Below, in pieces: positions 48,820 to 57,107 of a stretch of 64,000 nt of DNA. Origin of the DNA: an uncultured Candidatus Saccharibacteria bacterium (GTDB lineage: Bacteria > Patescibacteriota > Minisyncoccia > UBA6257 > WO2-44-18); NCBI GenBank assembly GCA_964637575.1, contig CAZWVU010000002.1, forward strand, positions 82,824 through 146,823. The letters are read 5' to 3'. The number at the start of each line of letters is the position of its first letter. Within the stretch, counting starts at the first letter, position 1. The notes beneath the pieces were generated by a model. That model was given only the letters and a program-made list of their open reading frames with translations, made no database searches and was not told where the DNA came from. The position numbers and the translations under genes are program-made.

Positions 48820-49110
48820 ATGCTGATGGTTGATGTGGGTATCGTCGCAGCGGTCTTTTTCGTGCTGTATCTTCTGATCGCCGCGCCGATGCGCCGGCGC
48901 GCGAAGCAACAATCCGCGCCCGAGCCGGAAACTGCCGGTTCACTCCGCCAGAAAATCGCGGAGCTGGAGCGGAAACGGGCGGAACGCGTCCGTTTGGCGA
49001 GAGAAGTGGAAGTAAGTCGGGAACTGGCCGACGTCGACGCGGAGCTGGAAGAGCTGCGCAAACAGTTGGCCGAAGCGGAAACCCGCGAGAACGCCGCAGG
49101 TAGCCGATAA
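48820..49110 (+). CDS. Small TM + coiled-coil protein
   Basis: AGGAGG upstream; hydrophobic N-terminus, E/R-rich helix. Confidence 0.65.
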   Translation: MLMVDVGIVAAVFFVLYLLIAAPMRRRAKQQSAPEPETAGSLRQKIAELERKRAERVRLAREVEVSRELADVDAELEELRKQLAEAETRENAAGSR

Positions 49111-49152
49111 TGGCAGGAAAAGCGTTCGAATCGGAATCGAAAGAGGTGGTTC

Positions 49153-50469
49153 ATGGAAGGCTTCAAGATCCGTCCCTGGATGGTGGCAAGTCTCCTGCTG
49201 GTCATCATGGCCGTAGTGATCGTCACGGGCGGTCTCGCGACCGTTCATGCCGGCACGTACCAGATCAAGCAGGCCGCGGTCAGCGGCACCATGTCGGCGC
49301 ACATGCAGCCCGGCATGTATATGAAAATGTTCGGCACGATCACAGAGTGGCCGCTCGCCGAAACGTTCTACTTCACTGCCGACAACAAAGAAGGCGGTCC
49401 AGGAGATGACAGCATCGAAGTGGTCTTCAATGACGGCTCCAACTGCAAGATCTCCGGCACCTGCCGGATCGTTATGCCGGCGACCGAATCGGACGCGCTC
49501 AATCTGGTGATGAGGCACGGTTTCCAGAGCCACGAAGAACTGCAGCACAAGCTCGTGCTGCCGGTGATCCGCAACGCGCTCAACCGCACGGCCAACCTGA
49601 TGTCAGCCCGCGAATCCTATTCGGATCGCCGGCCCGACTTCGTGAACTGGGCCTGGGATCAGATCCGGGACGGGCTCTACGAAATCGACGAGGAAACCCA
49701 TAAAGAGAAGGATCTGATCTCCGGTGAAATGATCACCAAGATCGTGAAGGTCATCCGGAAAGACGATCATGGCACCGCGATCCGCCAGGCAAACCCGCTC
49801 AAGGGTATGGGCGTGACGCTCGCGAACTTCGAAATCAAGAAGTTCGTCTATTCGGAAAAGGTAACCGAACAGATCGCCAGCCAGCAGGCGGCGCTCATGG
49901 CCGTCGCCACCGCCCGCGCCAATGCGCAGAAGGCGGAGCAGGACGCGCTTACCCAGGAAGCCCAGGGTAAGGCGAAGGTGATGGAAGCCAAGTATGAGGA
50001 AGAGCAGAAGAAGGTCCGCGCCATGGTCGTCGCCACCCAGGAAAAGGAAGTGGCCGAAACGGCGGCTTCCAAGGAAGTGGCAGTCGCCAAACAGCAGAAG
50101 CTGGTCGCCGAGACCAATGCCTCGAAGGAAGTCGAGGTGGCCAAACTCCAACAGCAGGCCGCCGAGTTCAACAAGCAGAAGAACATTCTGGAAGGCGAAG
50201 GCGAGGCCAAGCGGAAACAGCTGGTGCTGGAAGCCGACGGCGCGCTCGCCCAAAAACTGCAGGCCTATATCGAGGTCAACAGAATGTATGCCGATGCCAT
50301 GGCACGGTACCAGGGACAGTGGGTGCCGAGCGTGGTGATGGGTAAGGGACCGGATGGCGCCCAGTCCAACAACGGCGCCCAGGCGTTGATTGACATGCTC
50401 ACCGTCAAGACGGCCAAGGATCTGGCGCTCGATCTTGAGGTCAAGACCAAGAACGCGCAGAAGAAGTAA
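49153..50469 (+). CDS. SPFH/Band-7 (flotillin-like) protein
   Basis: N-terminal TM, Band-7-like core, A/E/K coiled-coil repeats, ADGALAQKL..WVPSVVMG tail. Confidence 0.75.
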   Translation: MEGFKIRPWMVASLLLVIMAVVIVTGGLATVHAGTYQIKQAAVSGTMSAHMQPGMYMKMFGTITEWPLAETFYFTADNKEGGPGDDSIEVVFNDGSNCKISGTCRIVMPATESDALNLVMRHGFQSHEELQHKLVLPVIRNALNRTANLMSARESYSDRRPDFVNWAWDQIRDGLYEIDEETHKEKDLISGEMITKIVKVIRKDDHGTAIRQANPLKGMGVTLANFEIKKFVYSEKVTEQIASQQAALMAVATARANAQKAEQDALTQEAQGKAKVMEAKYEEEQKKVRAMVVATQEKEVAETAASKEVAVAKQQKLVAETNASKEVEVAKLQQQAAEFNKQKNILEGEGEAKRKQLVLEADGALAQKLQAYIEVNRMYADAMARYQGQWVPSVVMGKGPDGAQSNNGAQALIDMLTVKTAKDLALDLEVKTKNAQKK

Positions 50470-50476
50470 TAAAACA

Positions 50477-50506
50477 GCCCCGACACAATGTGTCGGGGCA
50501 TTTTTT
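50477..50506. terminator. Terminator hairpin
   Basis: GCCCCGACAC-aat-GTGTCGGGGC-ATTTTTT. Confidence 0.75.
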
Positions 50507-50521
50507 AACAGTTGGCAGCTT

Positions 50522-51214
50522 TTAATAGAACGTTTCGTTGCGGCGCGTGAGCCGGTAGCCGTACAGATCGTGATGCTGGTACTCGTACACCGAGCAGTTT
50601 TTCGGATGGTCGTGCTCGTGCATCTTGTCCACCTCCTCTTCTGTGAGCCGCTCCAGCCAATAGCGGAGAAGGAGAATGGTATTTCCGTGCGTGACGATCA
50701 GCATCGGATCCCCGGCCAGCGAAGGCGTATCCAGGAACAGGCGCACGCGCAAGGCAACCTGCGCGAAGCTCTCCACGCTCGCCATCTGCAGATGAAAAAA
50801 GCCATGCTTCAATCCCAGCGAACGGTACCGCTGGTAAGCCTCATGAACTTTTTCGGGATCGCCGATGCCGGCATCCAGCTCGCCGGGGTTCTGCTCCACC
50901 AGCAGCGAATTGTAGCGGATGGACTTGCTCATCCATTCCGATCCGAATTGCTCAACCACCAATTGCGCGGTCTGCCGGGCACGGATCAGGCTGCTGGAAT
51001 AGATTCCCCTGAATTGGCCGTAAAGCTCTTTGAGCTTCCGTCCGGTGGCGACCGCCTGCTGTTTCCCCTCTTCGCTCAACTCGGTGCAGTAGTTCGGCAC
51101 CCGGAGTTTTTCCGGCACTTCCATTTGCCGCAAGCGGACGGCTCTCGCGACCTTATTCCATTCTGTTTCGCCGTGCCGGAGAATCACCAGCGTCTTCGGC
51201 GTATGATGCAACAT
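50522..51214 (-). CDS. Histidine phosphatase family protein
   Basis: LRHGETEWN, SSSLIRARQTA, IVTHG. Confidence 0.9.
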   Translation of the reverse strand: MLHHTPKTLVILRHGETEWNKVARAVRLRQMEVPEKLRVPNYCTELSEEGKQQAVATGRKLKELYGQFRGIYSSSLIRARQTAQLVVEQFGSEWMSKSIRYNSLLVEQNPGELDAGIGDPEKVHEAYQRYRSLGLKHGFFHLQMASVESFAQVALRVRLFLDTPSLAGDPMLIVTHGNTILLLRYWLERLTEEEVDKMHEHDHPKNCSVYEYQHHDLYGYRLTRRNETFY

Positions 51215-51278
51215 GTATGCTCCTTATAAAGTTCTGCCGGCATTGTGCCATAAAAAAAGCCCCGACACAACGTCGGGG

Positions 51279-52262
51279 CTAGTCAATCGGATACTTGCGC
51301 GGCGCCCGGCAGTCGCGGATGTTCTTGTCATGCCGGAATCGCACGAACCGCGCGCCCTGAAGCTTACCGCTGTCAAAACGATAATCGTATTCGAGCTGGA
51401 TCACCAACGGATATCTCGCTTTGCGGAGCCATTCGCGCGTTTTGTTATCAAACGCGCCGAACTTGCCGCAGTCAAACTCGTTCCGATCCAACGTGCCGTT
51501 GAACTGCGAGAGTGTGACTTCTTTCACCCGGTCTTTGTTGCTCGGATCCATGATCGGATGCCGCACGATGAAATCGTCTTCGTGGACGGGCTTCCATTTG
51601 TAACAGCCACGGATCCTTTGCGGACTTTTCCCATCCAGGCGGAACGCCGACAGAAACTCGGCGTCGTAGAGCACAAGGCCTTCCCAGCCCTTTTGTTTCA
51701 CCAGGCGTTTGGCCAGCGTGAAGTTGTTGTGCACAACCTCAACAGGCTCAACATAATCACGGCAATATACTTCCAATCCGCACCCGAACGCTGTTCGAAG
51801 CGTGGCGTGCCGGGAAGCATATCTCCATTCGCCGATGACCTGTTTGCCGCCCCAAAAGACAATATCAAACAGCCGGTAATGCACCATGCCGATTCTTTTC
51901 TGCTTCTCCAATGCCTGATCATCCTTTGAGCAGAAAATGCTCTGGATGCGCTCGAGTTTGTCGCCGGATAACGCATCGGGCACTACCGCTTCGCCGGCAA
52001 GCACCGTGTCGTCCGGCACATTCCGGGAAGCCAGGTCGCGGGCAATATGGCCGAGGAATGTAACATTCCGGATGCCATCGGTATACAGCTTCCATCCACC
52101 CATTGCCTTGACCGCAAACAACTTCCAGCCATTCCGTTTGCGCGTAATGACCAGCCGGCTGTCTTTTTCAAGCCGGAAGATTTCTTCCTCGGTGTAATTT
52201 TCCTGGCTTACCGGCTTGGCAAGGATGAATCCCTTCGGCAGCGGATCAAACGAGAACCGCAC
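51279..52262 (-). CDS. Minimal ATP-dependent DNA ligase (adenylation + OB domains)
   Basis: Motif I KRNG, motif III AGEA, motif IIIa FDI, motif IV EGLV, motif V KWK, C-terminal FVRFRHDK. Confidence 0.75.
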   Translation of the reverse strand: MRFSFDPLPKGFILAKPVSQENYTEEEIFRLEKDSRLVITRKRNGWKLFAVKAMGGWKLYTDGIRNVTFLGHIARDLASRNVPDDTVLAGEAVVPDALSGDKLERIQSIFCSKDDQALEKQKRIGMVHYRLFDIVFWGGKQVIGEWRYASRHATLRTAFGCGLEVYCRDYVEPVEVVHNNFTLAKRLVKQKGWEGLVLYDAEFLSAFRLDGKSPQRIRGCYKWKPVHEDDFIVRHPIMDPSNKDRVKEVTLSQFNGTLDRNEFDCGKFGAFDNKTREWLRKARYPLVIQLEYDYRFDSGKLQGARFVRFRHDKNIRDCRAPRKYPID

Positions 52263-52322
52263 GCAACACCTCCTGTCAAAGAACGGCTATATCCTATCAG
52301 TTTTTGTGTTAAAATCAAGCCA

Positions 52323-53021
52323 ATGTCCAAAGTGTACGTGGTGACGCCCACTTACAATGAACGCGGCAATCTTCCAATTTTAGTGGAAAAAATTTTCGCG
52401 CTGAAAATTCCGGAATTGCGTATGGTGATCGTGGACGACAACTCCCCCGACGGCACAGGTGCGCTCGCCGAAGAACTGGCGCGCGCGCATCCAATCTCCG
52501 TTCTCCACCGCGCCGGTAAACAGGGCCTCGGCACTGCGTATGTCGCCGGTTTCAAGCACACTCTCGCTGAAAAACCCGATTTCATAATCCAGATGGACGC
52601 CGATCTTTCTCATGATCCGACGACAATCCCGGTGATGCTCGAAAAAATGCAAGAGAGCGATCTCGTCCTCGGCTCCCGATATATTCCCGGCGGGCGCACG
52701 GAGAACTGGGATTTCTTCCGGAAAATGGTCAGCCGCTTCGGGAATTTCTACGCCCGGACGATTCTCGGACTTCCTTACCGCGATCTCACCGGAGGCTTCA
52801 AATGTTTCCGCCGCGAAGTGCTGGAAAAAATAAATTTAGACTCGCTAAGTTCGGTCGGTTACAACTTTCAGATCGAGACCACCTACCGTGCCCATCAAAG
52901 TGGTTTTACAATCGCCGAAGTGCCGATCGTCTTCCGTGAACGGAAAACCGGCCAATCCAAATTCAACCTGAAGATCATGCTGGAAAGTTTCTGGAGAGTG
53001 CTTCTGCTCCGTTTCAAATGA
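52323..53021 (+). CDS. Polyprenol monophosphomannose synthase (DPM1-like GT2)
   Basis: PTYNE, DDNSPDGT, GLGTAY, MDADLSH, DLTGGF. Confidence 0.92.
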   Translation: MSKVYVVTPTYNERGNLPILVEKIFALKIPELRMVIVDDNSPDGTGALAEELARAHPISVLHRAGKQGLGTAYVAGFKHTLAEKPDFIIQMDADLSHDPTTIPVMLEKMQESDLVLGSRYIPGGRTENWDFFRKMVSRFGNFYARTILGLPYRDLTGGFKCFRREVLEKINLDSLSSVGYNFQIETTYRAHQSGFTIAEVPIVFRERKTGQSKFNLKIMLESFWRVLLLRFK

Positions 53022-54724
53022 AATCATCCTCCAAATATCTTCTCGCGATCCTGGCGGCCGCCGCCATTCTCCGCGTGATCAACCTCGGCTCCGGCGATCT
53101 GGTCGGCAATGACGAGGTACTCTACGCCTTCCGCTCCGTGGGAATAACGGACTTCGTGAATTCCCCCGCCCAGACCACGCCACCCGTCTGGTTTGACGGC
53201 CACGTTCCCGGCTGGGCCGGCCTCTCCATGCACGACCATCCCCTCCTCGTATTTATCGTCCAGCATATTTTCATGGGGATCTTCGGCGAAAACAACTTCG
53301 GCTTCCGCTTCCCCTCCGCCGTCTTCGGCGTGCTGTCGGTATATCTCGTCTACCTCATTTCAAAAAAGTTATTTTCGGAACGCGCCGGCCTGATCAGCGC
53401 CGCGTTGATGGCGCTCACGGTCAATAACGTCTACATTTCCCGCCTGGGCCTGCAGGAATCGTATCTGATCTTTTTTATCCTGCTGACGTCCTGGCTGTTT
53501 CTGAACGCGCTGGAACGCCCGAAGTATTTCCTCTGGACCGGCGCTGCATTCGGGTTTACGTTGCTTACAAAATATAACGGCGCCGTCGTCGCGCCTGTCA
53601 TACTCACCTATCTCCTGCTCTTCCGACGCGATGTATTCAGACAAAAATATTTCTGGCTCGGCGGCCTGCTCGCCGCGTGTATTGCCAGCCCGATTCTGAT
53701 CTACAACATCGGCATGTACCGCGCGACCGGACATTTTGATTTCCAGATATCCTATCTTCTCGGCCAGCATCCTGCTATCTGGCAATCCGCGCCGGGCAAA
53801 GAAGTAGTCGGTTCATTCGGCGACCGCCTCCGCGCGTTCATTCCGAATCTGATCGCGTCCAATTCTCCCCTGCTCATGCTGCTCTTCGCGCTGACCATTC
53901 CGTTTTTCATCCGGGAGATCGCCAGGAACCGCGCGGCGCTCCGGCGAAAGGCATTTCTGGATATTTCCTTCGTCTGGATCATTCTCTTACTGCTCTTCAT
54001 CGGCCCAACTTTCCGGTTCCTTACCCTGCTCACGCCATTCATCGTGATGAAGGTCGGCCTGTTTTTGGATGACGCCTTTCCCAAACGCCGGCATCTTCTG
54101 GCGGCATTCCTCGCAGCTTTCCTGATCTTTGAATGTCTGTACTCCCTGAACAGCGTCGTCACGAATTACCCGGCCGGACCGGAGGGTTGGGCTTTCTCCC
54201 ATCTGCGCTATGAAAACTTTCACTGGGGCTACAACGAACTGGAGGACTACTTTTCCAAAGAGTTGGCGGGAAAATATCCATTGCTGACATTCGATCTTCA
54301 ATATCAGTTTCTGGAAAAACAGAAAGAGGCCGGCGTCGCCGCCGCGAAAGCTGCCGGAGCCACGCCCTATCCCGCGCTGCTGGTATATGACGAAAACATC
54401 CACAGCGGCCCCCAGCTTTGGACGTTTGACCGCCGCCAGATTTATCATGGCTGGCCGGTAATGACCGCGGGAGATTATCTGAAGCTGATATCCGAAAAGG
54501 GACCGCGCGCGCTCGAAAATTCCGGCATACAAGTAATCTACTTTGCCTTTCCCACGGACGCAGTCGCCCTGAAAGCCACCGGCCAGCTTACCAGTCATGG
54601 CAAGACGCTGGAACCTCTCGTCGCCTCTCAAAAGGACGCGTTTTTCATTCCCGTCAAAAACGGATTAGGGCAGGACGCCTTTCATATATATAGGCTGAGC
54701 TTCATCCGGCTTGTGGATAATTAG
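53018..54724 (+). CDS. GT39/ArnT-like membrane glycosyltransferase
   Basis: DEVLY, DHPLL, RFPSA, LTKY; ATGA coupling to the DPM1-like gene. Confidence 0.85.
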   Translation: MKSSSKYLLAILAAAAILRVINLGSGDLVGNDEVLYAFRSVGITDFVNSPAQTTPPVWFDGHVPGWAGLSMHDHPLLVFIVQHIFMGIFGENNFGFRFPSAVFGVLSVYLVYLISKKLFSERAGLISAALMALTVNNVYISRLGLQESYLIFFILLTSWLFLNALERPKYFLWTGAAFGFTLLTKYNGAVVAPVILTYLLLFRRDVFRQKYFWLGGLLAACIASPILIYNIGMYRATGHFDFQISYLLGQHPAIWQSAPGKEVVGSFGDRLRAFIPNLIASNSPLLMLLFALTIPFFIREIARNRAALRRKAFLDISFVWIILLLLFIGPTFRFLTLLTPFIVMKVGLFLDDAFPKRRHLLAAFLAAFLIFECLYSLNSVVTNYPAGPEGWAFSHLRYENFHWGYNELEDYFSKELAGKYPLLTFDLQYQFLEKQKEAGVAAAKAAGATPYPALLVYDENIHSGPQLWTFDRRQIYHGWPVMTAGDYLKLISEKGPRALENSGIQVIYFAFPTDAVALKATGQLTSHGKTLEPLVASQKDAFFIPVKNGLGQDAFHIYRLSFIRLVDN

Positions 54725-54817
54725 GAGCGCCACTCCCGCCAAAATGCTATAATGAACCTTGTTATCTTTTATCCGCTATCTGGCGGAGAGAAAGGTCGAA
54801 AATAGTCGAATATACAC

Positions 54818-55216
54818 ATGAATCCAAAGAAATTTCTCCAAATCGGTGGCGCAGTCCTCGTATTAGTAGGGATCCTTGGTTTCGTCGGCGTCCTCGGGCC
54901 GACTGCCGAACAGTCAATTTTCGGCAGCAGCTGGTGGTTTGATGGCGGCGAAAACTGGGCTCATCTGATCCTGGGCGTAGTCGGTCTCATCGCTTCTTTT
55001 GCGCTGGGAGCCGGATATCAGCGCGTCCTGGTTCGGTTGTTGGGTTGGATCGGCATCCTGGTAGGGCTGTACAGTCTGTTCATCAGCAACAGCTTCCTCG
55101 GCGCCAATCTTGAGAACCCGATGGACACGCTTCTTCATCTGGCAGTCGGTGTGTGGGCGCTTCTTGCCGCGAAAGGCAGCAAGGCTCCCGCTCCCGCCCC
55201 GATGATGCAGCAATAG
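54818..55216 (+). CDS. DUF4383-like membrane protein
   Basis: GILGF, NWAHLILG, DTLLHL. Confidence 0.7.
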   Translation: MNPKKFLQIGGAVLVLVGILGFVGVLGPTAEQSIFGSSWWFDGGENWAHLILGVVGLIASFALGAGYQRVLVRLLGWIGILVGLYSLFISNSFLGANLENPMDTLLHLAVGVWALLAAKGSKAPAPAPMMQQ

Positions 55217-55220
55217 TCTA

Positions 55221-55489
55221 GTCCAGGGAATTTACATTAGCTCTTCCCGCGTTGTGAGGCAAAATGTTCCGACTCGCGAAGTCGAGCCAGTGTGAGCTGT
55301 AGACTCTACTGCCACACTGGGAGACGAGCGAGCGGACATTTTGACCACAACCCTTCGGGACACGCGAATTTTACTGCAGCGCTGTGTGATTCGGACTTGA
55401 AGTAGAGTCTACATCTGCGTCCTCACCACTTCGCGCTGACAGATAAAATTCGCGGTGTCGCGGGGGAGATTAATGTAAATTTCCTGGAC
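55221..55489 (+). mobile_element. MITE-like or large structured RNA element with complementary loops
   Basis: ~31-bp imperfect terminal inverted repeats, two long arms, cUUCGg junction hairpin, loops 55298-55310 and 55401-55413 exactly complementary. Confidence 0.6.
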
Positions 55490-55492
55490 CAC

Positions 55493-55525
55493 ATAAAAAT
55501 CGCCCTGTGAGGGGGCGGTTTTTAT
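55493..55525 (+). terminator. Intrinsic terminator
   Basis: ATAAAAATCGCCC..GGGCGGTTTTTAT. Confidence 0.7.
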
Positions 55526-55533
55526 TTACTAAT

Positions 55534-55602
55534 GAAGCTCCGCCTCCTTCCCGCAGACAGGATTGTAGCCCGACGTCCTGGCGAGGAGAAGGAGGCGGAG
55601 CT
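55534..55602 (+). repeat. Dispersed hairpin repeat, copy 3 (variant arms)
   Basis: Core matches copy 1 with one mismatch; arms AGCTCCGCCTCCTTC/GAAGGAGGCGGAGCT. Confidence 0.85.
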
Positions 55603-55610
55603 GTGGTAAT

Positions 55611-56348
55611 ATGGAGGGTATGAAAAAAAGCACCTCCTGGGGCGGAGAATCCGTCGTCGGGCATTACCAGCAGCATGTGATCCTTCCGAACCTCACCCGC
55701 CTGATCGCGCCAAAAAAAGGCGAGTTGATTGTTGATCTCGGCTGCGGCGAAGGTTTTTTTGCAAAGAAATTTGCCCACGACGGCGCGCAGGTCATCGGCT
55801 TCGACGTCTCGAAAGAGCTGATCGAAAAAGCGAAAGAAACCGCCGGGAAAAATGAAGAATACCATGTCGGCTCCGCCGAGCGGCTTCCCCTGCTCAAAAA
55901 CAGCGCTGCCGACAAAATTACCATCATTCTTGCCATTCAGAATATGGATAATGCCCACGCCGTGCTCAAAGAGTGCCATCGTATCCTGAAGCCGGGCGGC
56001 AGGCTTTACATCGTGATGAACCACCCGGCCTTCCGCGTGCCGAAAGCGAGCGACTGGGTTTGGGATGAAGCCAATCAGATCCAGTACCGCCGCGTGGATT
56101 CTTATTTGAGCGAGTCCAAAGCGAAGATCGAAATGCATCCCGGCGAAAAAAACAGCGAGTACACCATTTCCTTCCACCGGCCGCTCCAGCTCTATTTCAA
56201 ACTGCTCAAAAACGCCGGATTCTGCGTGACGAACTTGGAGGAATGGATTTCCGACAAAAAAAGCGAGCCGGGACCGCGCGCGGAAGCTGAAAACCGCACC
56301 CGGAAAGAAATTCCGCTTTTTCTTTTTCTGGAGGCAAATAAGGTATAA
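55611..56348 (+). CDS. Class I SAM-dependent methyltransferase
   Basis: VDLGCGEG, GFDVS, ILKPGG; true start may be ATG 55620. Confidence 0.9.
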   Translation: MEGMKKSTSWGGESVVGHYQQHVILPNLTRLIAPKKGELIVDLGCGEGFFAKKFAHDGAQVIGFDVSKELIEKAKETAGKNEEYHVGSAERLPLLKNSAADKITIILAIQNMDNAHAVLKECHRILKPGGRLYIVMNHPAFRVPKASDWVWDEANQIQYRRVDSYLSESKAKIEMHPGEKNSEYTISFHRPLQLYFKLLKNAGFCVTNLEEWISDKKSEPGPRAEAENRTRKEIPLFLFLEANKV

Positions 56349-56356
56349 TTTTCTCA

Positions 56357-57073
56357 ATGCGGCTTCATAGATTTATCGGCAATTTTGACTTCACCAAGAA
56401 ACCGCTCCGCGTCGAGGATAAGGAGCTGGCGCATCAGCTGAAAAACGTCTTCCGGATGAAACCGGGCGGGCAGGTAATGCTGGTCAACAACACGCTCCAG
56501 GAAGCGGTGGCAGAAATCAAAACGCTAGGCCGGGATTCGGTTGAGTTTGAAGTAATGGCAACCACGGAAAATAAAAAGGAGCCGGGCATTGAAACGACGC
56601 TGTTCTGCGCGGTCATCAAAAAAGAGCATTTCGAGCTTGTCGTCCAAAAAGCCACGGAAGCCGGAGTGACGGAGATTGTTCCGATTGTCACGAAGCACAC
56701 GGTCAAACTGTCCCTCCGCAAGGACCGCCTAGAAAAGATCGCCAAGGAAGCCGCCGAGCAGTCCGGCCGCGGTATCATTCCGGCAATCGGCGACGTGATT
56801 ACCTTCGAGCAGGCGCTCCGCCACGCGAAAGATTACCAGGCCAATCTTTTTTTCGAGCCGGGCGCGCCGCTCTTCAGCCAGGAACGCCTCCGCAATTCCG
56901 GCGCTACACGCGCCAGCATCTTCATCGGGCCCGAAGGCGGCTGGGATGACGCGGAAATTGAAACCGCCCGCCTCCATGACCTTAAAGTCATCGGACTCGG
57001 CGGACTCACACTCCGATCCGAGACTGCCGCGATTATTGCAACGTATCTCGTTGCCAATGCCGCGAATTTCTAG
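56357..57073 (+). CDS. rsmE: 16S rRNA m3U1498 methyltransferase
   Basis: HQLKNVFR, QKATEAG, EAAEQSGR, IGPEGG, LRSETA. Confidence 0.93.
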   Translation: MRLHRFIGNFDFTKKPLRVEDKELAHQLKNVFRMKPGGQVMLVNNTLQEAVAEIKTLGRDSVEFEVMATTENKKEPGIETTLFCAVIKKEHFELVVQKATEAGVTEIVPIVTKHTVKLSLRKDRLEKIAKEAAEQSGRGIIPAIGDVITFEQALRHAKDYQANLFFEPGAPLFSQERLRNSGATRASIFIGPEGGWDDAEIETARLHDLKVIGLGGLTLRSETAAIIATYLVANAANF

Positions 57074-57107
57074 TACGCTTTGTAAAGTTTTTTGATAAGG
57101 AGAGTTT

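Noticed and set aside
34432-52262. Prophage
   Set aside because: Scattered phage-like genes only; no integrase, terminase, capsid or tail genes.
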